Shown: positions 39,901-48,900 of the stretch, one piece after another
How positions within the stretch are numbered: position 1 is the stretch's first letter
Layout of the letters: every line of letters starts with the position of its first letter
DNA from: Acanthaster planci
Lineage: Eukaryota
Assembly: GCF_001949145.1 (NCBI RefSeq)
Contig: NW_019091361.1
Coordinates: forward strand, 1,039,452-1,103,451
DNA: 64,000 nt
Direction of reading: 5' to 3'
Program-made: the position numbers and the translations under genes
The notes under the pieces: model-generated
The model's database searches: none
Seen by the model: the letters and a program-made list of their open reading frames with translations, nothing else
What the model was told of the DNA's origin: nothing

Positions 39901-42900
39901 CCAGTTGACCGAAACATGCTCGGTGGTCACTTGGGGTAAGACATTTTTTTAAGCAGGACTTGACATGTTTGAATCCCATCCAAGTAAGCTTAGGATTAAG
40001 TTCATTAGGGCAGTGAGTAAACTTAGTGATTCTAAAATGGTCATCATTGAAGGGCAAAAATTCCCATGTAAAAAGTTCTTCTTTCTCCTGTTGTTTTCTC
40101 TAGTGATTTCCCCGTGCTTTCCAAACCCTTGTTTGAATGGAGCAACATGCGTTGTGAGTGGTCCATCGTCCTTCACATGCACCTGCCCGTTAACTCATTC
40201 GGGCATTATCTGCAGTGTCAGAGGTGGGACAATCTTCTTTAATGATACTTAGGACAAGATTATTGTGACAGAACTATCACAAAATTGCATAAAAAATGTC
40301 GACATTGTGTGTTCAGGTATAAATACAAAGTTGGAATGAAAAATCGAGGGCACTTTTTGATCTTTTCTCAACCAAAAAGCACTTTAATAGCTGCCGGTAT
40401 CTGTCTCAAACTGTTTCATTCACGTTAGGTGATAAGAGAAGAAAGCTTCATTCCTGTACGTGTCCAGCATGGTGCCGCAGTACCAGAATTATCGCCTTCA
40501 TGAACTGTACTCAAACGGCAAAATTTTGGCTTGAGTGTGTAATCTATTTGTAAATGACCTTTATGCCTAGACATGTGCACCCCAAGTCCTTGCAACAGTG
40601 GAGTGTGCCAGCAAGTAGCCGGTGACCCTAACTACACCTGTACCTGCAATGCTGGATATAGCGGCTCTCACTGTGACATACAAGGTAAAAAAAAAAACTG
40701 GTTATGAACTTGAAGAGGATCAAGGTAGAATCGGCCTGACCAAAATTGGGTCTGGGTTGAGACAGGGACAGAGGGGAAATAGATTTGGGTTTAGAATTGG
40801 GTCAGGTTAGAAATAGTGTCAGGGCAGAAATAGGGTTGGGGAGGGAGGAAAGGATCAGGGTTGAATCTGTCTCTCTCAAATAGGATTAACGTTCAGTAAG
40901 CCAGTTAAATCTAAATGGGTTCAAGGAAGCATTTAACATCAATGGGACTGAGGCAAAATGTGCNNNNNNNNNNNNNNNNNNNNNNNNNNNNNNNNNNNNN
41001 NNNNNNNNNNNNNNNNNNNNNNNNNNNNNNNNNNNNNNNNNNNNNNNNNNNNNNNNNNNNNNNNNNNNNNNNNNNNNNNNNNNNNNNNNNNNNNNNNNNN
41101 NNNNNNNNNNNNNNNNNNNNNNNNNNNNNNNNNNNNNNNNNNNNNNNNNNNNNNNNNNNNNNNNNNNNNNNNNNNNNNNNNNNNNNNNNNNNNNNNNNNN
41201 NNNNNNNNNNNNNNNNNNNNNNNNNNNNNNNNNNNNNNNNNNNNNNNNNNNNNNNNNNNNNNNNNNNNNNNNNNNNNNNNNNNNNNNNNNNNNNNNNNNN
41301 NNNNNNNNNNNNNNNNNNNNNNNNNNNNNNNNNNNNNNNNNNNNNNNNNNNNNNNNNNNNNNNNNNNNNNNNNNNNNNNNNNNNNNNNNNNNNNNNNNNN
41401 NNNNNNNNNNNNNNNNNNNNNNNNNNNNNNNNNNNNNNNNNNNNNNNNNNNNNNNNNNNNNNNNNNNNNNNNNNNNNNNNNNNNNNNNNNNNNNNNNNNN
41501 NNNNNNNNNNNNNNNNCACACTGGGACCAAGGCAAAATGTGCAACACTGAAATAGGATCAAGGTAAAATGTGCCACACTGAAATAGGAGCAAGGCAAAAT
41601 GTGCCACACTGAAATAGGAGCAAGGCAAAATGTGCCACACTGAAATAGGAGCAAGGCAAAATGTGCCACACTGAAATAGGAGCAAGGCAAAATGTGCCAC
41701 ACTGAAATAGGAGCAAGGCAAAATGTGCCACACTGGGACCAAGGCAAAATGTGCAACACTGAAATAGGATCAAGGCAAAATGTGCCACACTGCAACTGAA
41801 GGTCGAAGTAGAGTATGTCTTACTTGAACAGGATCAAACTAAAGACCAGTGTCCCTATGAATGTTTGAGTCTACTCATGCTATTTTCTTGGATGTTAAAG
41901 GCTCACACTGTAGTAACTATGGGAATCCCATTATCTCCATATCCTACAAATTATCAGGGCCTCAGAATTTTTAAAAGATTGTACTGGTAATAAACACCCA
42001 TATTCTTCCACTTCAAAGACTGTCAAGTGTCAAAAAGCACATTGTGACAGAGAACACCCTCAACTAAGCAGGCTTAGTCCAGCTTCTGTTTGTACAACAT
42101 AGTTGAATCTATGGTCTTGCACTGATATATATCTTCTCCAGTTTAAGTACGTTACTGCTTTCTTATTCATAATAAATACACTCGATTGATAAACAGGGTT
42201 TTTTGGCTGAGGTTCAAAATGCAACTGCATAAATACAAGTATCTGCATGCTCACTTCTGCACTTCACCGGAGATATAGTTTCCAAGATTTGGTGACTTTA
42301 ACTTTCGTGTACACCCTCCTACTTATTTCTTAAAGCTTTGTGCAACCCAAATCCCTGTGTCAATGGGATCTGCAGTCAGAATGATGAGACACTAACCTAC
42401 TCCTGCCAATGTGATGTTGGCTTCATGGGAGAAAACTGCGACCAACAAAGGGAGGGTATGTACCAGAACTACCTACAATGGTGTTATTGATCTGGGAGAA
42501 AATTGACATTTAAGCCTGCTGGGAAGGTTGGGGGGGATGCCAGAGGGAGGCTGCAGCTTGCCGATATTGAAGATGAAAAAAGTCAGCTTAAGATACTGAA
42601 ATATAAGCCAAAGCACTCTCGCTAAAACGGTCTGAAGCACCTGACACCCAAAAATGAATAATGCATGATTAATATTCATTACTCAAGAGGAAAAGAAATT
42701 GACTAGGTTTATGTTTATCAAGATTCTGAATGTAAAACTTTCAAGAAAAGCTGCTTTAGAGCTTCTGATATGCTGCATTGCCCAGAGCCCCTCATATTAG
42801 CCTGGGACCATTAAAGCTCACTTTCTTTCTAAGAGTGCCCATTCTGAGATTTTTATTGCAGCAAAGTTTAAAGAGTCTCTCTCCCTTTGTTTGTTAGCGC

Positions 42901-45900
42901 CAACACCAGAGAAATCGCACAGCTAATGCTCTTACCTTGTCATTAGCTGGGACAGCCAAGGTTGTCAAATTTATTAATGTATGGTCTCTTATGTCTTGTG
43001 TTTACCAAACTCAGCTCCATGCGAGTCAAGTCCCTGCCGGAATGGTGGAATATGCCAGCCCAAGCCAGATGGGTTGACCTTTGACTGCTTCTGCCTGTCA
43101 GGATACCAGGGCACCCTGTGCGGGGAAGGTAAGTACTCCATCACAACTCTCAAACACCATATTTCATCAACATGTTGTGGGATCAACATTAATAAAATGT
43201 TGAGATACAGTGCCTGTGTTCTCCAAATTCCACATTCAAATGTGGCAGGCACTGGACGGAGCAGTCGGAGCGTACTTGTGCTCCTCCCCCATTTTTTAGT
43301 TCAGGTAAAGTGCATTTCTTGGCATCCTAGAAATTGATTTTTTTTTTCAGAGACAATTTTTTTTGGTAAAGATAATTAAGATGGAATATTCCAGAATGTA
43401 AATTTTGCGCCCCAAATTTTACATTTTCAAGCTTGCTGGCCAGACATGAAAGCTTTGTGGCTACTTTTTAAATACAGTGGGAGACTAGCAGAACTTGGTG
43501 GGACTGTATATATAGTCTGGAGCATGCTGCATCACCATACAAGTGTAGATATGAAATGGCATTTACAATTGTTACAGGAGTCAGTCTGCCCTTTAGGTTG
43601 TCATGTCTTATTTATTCGTGTTTTCTCTACACTCTGTAGAAATTTTGGCACCATCTGAAGGTTGAAAATATGACCAGTCATATTGCTTGTTGCAATTTAG
43701 ATTGAAATGACGTACTGTGTTTACAAAAGCACAGCAGTACAGTTTTCAGATATCATCTATTGTTAACTTGTCTGTAATGTCTGATGAAAAAATTCCTTAC
43801 TTTTCTATTGTTTAATGTGTCAGTGGTTTGTCTTTGTTTCAGCTGTAATTCCCATCTTCCAGAACTGTCCGGAGAACCAGATTCTCACCTTTCCTCTAGA
43901 CCCGGGTCAGAGCTCGGCAAACATCATGCTGTCTCTTGAGGCGACCGTGCCTGGGGTACCGGCAGCTCCCACCGTAGAGGTTGTTACTGGGCCCAGCATC
44001 CCGGGCACTGTGCCTTACACCGAGGAATACAGGGTCGGGAAGGTGGTTGTGATGAGAGCCCAGAGTGCAACCGAGGCCACAGCCGAGTGTACTTTCGTCC
44101 TCAGGATGATAGGTTGGTTGCAGAGACAGAATTTTCACGTCGCTGTTGACTGTTTCTTTCCTTCCATAGTGTCTCTGGCTTGAGAATAAAATACTGCATG
44201 GTCACAAAAAAGGATGACCAGAGAAAAAACTTCTGAAATTGTTAAAGGAATATTTATACCCAATCCTAGCACAGTGTTTTAGATGTGAAAAGTGCAGGTT
44301 GTACCTGAAAAATGCAGCTGTGATTTGTGTTTTGAAATGTTAGGGTATAATAGGGTCTATGATACGGGCAATATTTGGGTTTCCTAGATCAGAGGTAAGT
44401 GTGGGTATAAAGGAATACAATCCAGAGCAAGTTTTAAATTATTTGAGGCAATCAAGTTTTAATAGGGTTAAGGCACATGTACTTTTGTGCATGTGTTGTT
44501 TTGTTGTAGTCAAGTCCATGAAGGTTCTTGGAGATAACTTTATCAGACCAACATCAGTTACCAAGTTACCCAAGTCATGAGGAACTTTGATAAATCATTC
44601 CTCAGTCATTGTTCATCTCATTGCTCGCAGCTTGGCTTGAGACAGAACTTGTGACTGGACTTGTGGTAGGACTTGGGTCAGACTCAAAAGACTCAACTAC
44701 AGTGGAAGTCCTTCCCAATTTCAGTATCGGTCATTATTCCACTTACTACAGTCATTCAAGTCATACAAGCTTTTCAGACAACAAAATGTGAGCCACAACA
44801 CTTTGTCGTTGTTCATCCCTTTGCATGTGGCTGGACTTAATAATAAGCATTTTGCGAGTTAACTTTGACCCAAATCTGGTACACTTAGTTCTTTAAATTC
44901 ACATGAACATAACAACTTGAATCCTCCTTACTTAAACCACTGTTGCTATACCTCGTGATTCGGGGTAAGCTTTTGCTTAGTTGCATAAAAGACGCCTTGC
45001 AACAATACACTGGTCGCAATGGATAAGAACAGCACAAAGGAACCAGTTCATTCCAGAGATGGTTGTCGCTATGCAAAAGCTTGCCCCGAATCACAAGGTA
45101 TAGCAACAGTGTATTTAGTCTGGGGAATTCAAATTGTTATGTTTATGTGCACTCAGATAAGTCTGGGCACCAGATTTTATTCAAATTTAACTTGCAAATG
45201 GCTTATTGAATGTGCCATTTCCATACAAATGATCGAAGGTACCGTACAAGTACAACAGGAAATGTCACCGCACTAGTACCCAACCTGCAGTGCGGGAATG
45301 TGTCTGTCCCGCCAACAGGAAGAATAATTTTATCTAGATCTAGCCCTGCTGGCATCGGTGATGTCTCGATCTTTCCAAGGAAAGATGCCTCTAATCATAC
45401 CTACTCTATAAGAAAGTTAACTACCAGATCCCCATGGTGACACTAAAAATTAGGAAAAACACAATGGAACCTATATTAAAGCTAAAAATAAAAAACCTAC
45501 TGCATGAAACGGATAAATCCTACTGGACAAACCCATTAAAAATCGCATATCTTGCATTTTTGAGAAGGCACTGCTAGACTTGGAGAAGCACTTTGTATTT
45601 ACATGTATGTACACTTGAGTTGTGACTGTTAACAATAAACTATGATCACTAGTAGTTATTGAATTGAATCAGCTGAAAGTTTTGGGGGACTTTCTTAACC
45701 AGATGAAGAGCCACCTGTGGTAGTCTGTCCCGAGGACATCACTAAATTCACCTATGGGTCCTCGGAAGCTGTAGAGTGGCCTCCTGCCACAGCCGTCGAC
45801 AATCTGGCACAGTCCTCAGACATGACAATATCATACAGCATGGACAGTGGTTCGTTCTTCCTATCAAGTGAGGAGGAATCGCCCAACACCATTGAGGTGA

Positions 45901-48900
45901 CAGCGGTGGACACCTTTGACAATGTTGCCAGGTGCCAGTTTGACGTCACGGTTGTGAAGATACCCAGTAAGTACAGCCATTCTTCAAACTTCGTATTTTC
46001 ATTCTGAAATGGTAACAAGATGTCAACTACACTAGGGTTTGATGCAAGTAAATAATACATTTTACAAGAAATTGGATTCTTTCAGTTCTGTTGTTTGATA
46101 ATGCCTCAGTCATGTAGGGGGGAAGAATGCCATTTGACAGAATTTATGGAGTCTCTCTGAAAATCAATAAAAAATCAAGAGCAAATGAGATGTTGGTGCA
46201 CAGTGTAGCTGCACACAAAAGGAATAAACTTATCCAACTTATTTTATTACACATGTTGACAGCGTTGTATATCGTACTACAACTTGCCTTTCCAGGTTAT
46301 CCATGAAGCATTCTGTTTTTTTGCAAGGCAAAGCAGAGAGAAAAGACAATGCTCCATGGATCATGAACGAAGGCTAGTTTTACTAGTTTGCTACACTGCA
46401 AGAAAAAGCAGTTGATATCTGTTTTATCCGCCCCAAGGTGAAATACACCCCCAATTGGCAAAAGAAAGACAAGTGGTTACCAGGGGATTCTTGTATGCGT
46501 TCTGCGCGTACACAAAGACCATACATGCCGGAGTAAAGACCATACATGCCGGAGTAAAGACCATACATGCCGGAGTAAATTAGTTACGCGTACTCAGTAT
46601 TCTTCGCGTGAAACGTGCATTTACTTGCGCACCTTATGATGTGCTTATTTGGTGAGTACCAAAAAAACATGCGATCTTTTGTTCCGCTCGGAGGGGATAA
46701 CACTTCTCCCACAGATTTTTTTTCAATAAGCAGAAATTGATTATTTCCATCTAAATACAATTAAAAGCTATATTCATATATGTGTGTATATGTGAATACA
46801 CAATTTGTTGAAAATTCTCAAGCACTTTTCAAAAGCACCTCCTCACAATATGGTTTTTATCTAGCTCTGTAGCTTTAGCACTTTGGACTATATGCACACT
46901 AGTGCGCACCTCTGCACACAATATATATTGGTTGTTATGTGTGAAGTACTTTGGTTGGGTCAGGAATAGTACTTTTTGGTCGCTATGGGTATAGTTCTTT
47001 TGGCTGTGCACAGGAAGGTGGCAAACATAGTGAATGCGGTAGGACTAGCCAGTCAAGATGCAAAATCTGTGGGCAAAGTGTTAAAATGTTGATTGCTTGT
47101 CTCTCTACAGATGCCCCTCCCCCTGTCTTCACCGGTTGCCGAGAGGGGGAGACACTGTCCTACCAGGTGCGCAATAACACGGACGTGGCCTACGTCAGCC
47201 TGAACTTGCAGGCCAAGGACTCCAGCCAGCAGCCTGCCATTGTCAGTCAGCTAGAGGGGCCATCAGTGGATCTCCCAGGGGACATCCGCTACACCGAGGG
47301 GTACCGGCAGGGGCAAAGGTTTGTCTTCACGGCATTGGACCCAGTGACACAACTGACGGCCAACTGCACGTTCTGGATCAAGATTGTGGGTGGGTCAATC
47401 TGCATTAACTTTAATAAGAGAGTGCGTGTGAATTAGGCCTCTGTAGGTTTTGGTTAGGGTTTCCTGTTGTATCTGTTTAAGTTGTTCTTTATTTTGGGGC
47501 TCAAACTATTTAAGTAATATGACATGACTTTTGGGTGCGGCACTCTGAAAAACAAAGTTTTGATGTTAAATTGCCGTCAACTTTGTTAAAGTGAAGGCTA
47601 GTTCATCCTTGGCGTAGAAGCGAATGCTAAAAAAAATTTGTGACACAAATATGATTAGTGTTTCAAAATTCCAAGAAGTCAACACATTTCCATGCTCTCA
47701 TGTTTTGCCTGAAATGATTCAGGTTTGCACGTTTTTTTCACAGACTTTGTGTTCATGTCCTCCTCATTCCTCTGTTCATTTTGAATTCAAGTTTGCATCC
47801 ATCATGCAGTGCTGCTCCTGCTTCAATGCTTTGACTTTGTCTCTTCAGACAAACAGCCCCCCACCGTCAGATGTCCGTCAAATGTTATCGAAAGGACCAC
47901 AGCCAACACCAAGGCCATTTTCTGGCCGCCGGTTGACGTTGAAGACAACCTGCCTCTCCCCGACGAAAACACTGTGGCCTATGACCAAAAGAACGGCACA
48001 GTGTTCGATGCCACCAGGAATGGTTTGTCTCAAATTGTCACAGTGACGGCCATTGATTCTTTCGGCAATAGCGGGAGTTGCCAGTTCTCTGTCACCCTCT
48101 ACAAATTTGGTGAGTAAATATATTCCACCCTGAATTGTACAATGCAACTTCAATCCATCCTATTCTTCAGAGGTTTTTAGCATTGAGAGACTTTGCTCCA
48201 TGAAGAGTCGTCTACAGCAAGGAGAAGGGAAAAGACCCACGTATCCTTTTTAAAGCTGCTCTAAACCAAATTAATCAAATGCAAACATTAATGGAATGAA
48301 AGAAATACAGCCTGAAAAAAAATTCTGAAGTAGAGAGTTTCCACTCCAGACATCCCGGAGGTAGAAGTAAAAACAAATGAGCCAATAATATCACCCAAAA
48401 TCACTGACCAAAAATGACAAAACCACCTTCAGAGCCACTCTGTGATGTGTTTTAAAAAATTTCAATTTTTAAACGCACTGCAGAACATCTATTACTCTTG
48501 GTTTCTAATTTCATTTTTTCCCCCTTTATCCACCACAGATGTTGTGTGTCCCGAGTTTCCAGTCATGACCAATGGAGCGGGAGATTGTGCTATCGCTCCA
48601 GATGGTAAAATGGAGTGCAGAATAGTGTGTGATTCGGGATATGAGTACGCTCCCACAGACAACCGATTCAAGTGTGAGATAACCAGCACCAAGGCGTTCT
48701 GGCAGCCAACGCCAAACCCAAACGCATGCATGCGTAAGTTACCACAATTATTGTCTTGAAGGAGGACATGCAGTTTGATTTGATGAATTTTCTTGAATCA
48801 ATGTTTCTGCGTGTGATACCTTCAGATTTAGAGTTGCAGTGGAATGTAGGTACTTTGAAGACAACTTGTGTGTTAATTGTCATTTTACTGTAATTCAGGC

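Noticed and set aside
41517..41792. CRISPR-like appearance of 31-bp repeats
   Set aside because: The units are head-to-tail with no unique spacers, the context is a eukaryotic intron, and there are no cas genes.
40886..41795. Long ORFs (200-294 aa) in the ORF track
   Set aside because: They are artefacts of the N gap and the stop-free 31-bp minisatellite.
28208..43128. Calling the EGF gene Notch, Delta/Serrate, Crumbs or fibropellin
   Set aside because: There are no LNR/ankyrin, DSL, laminin-G, CUB or avidin domains, and the EGFs lack the calcium-binding consensus.
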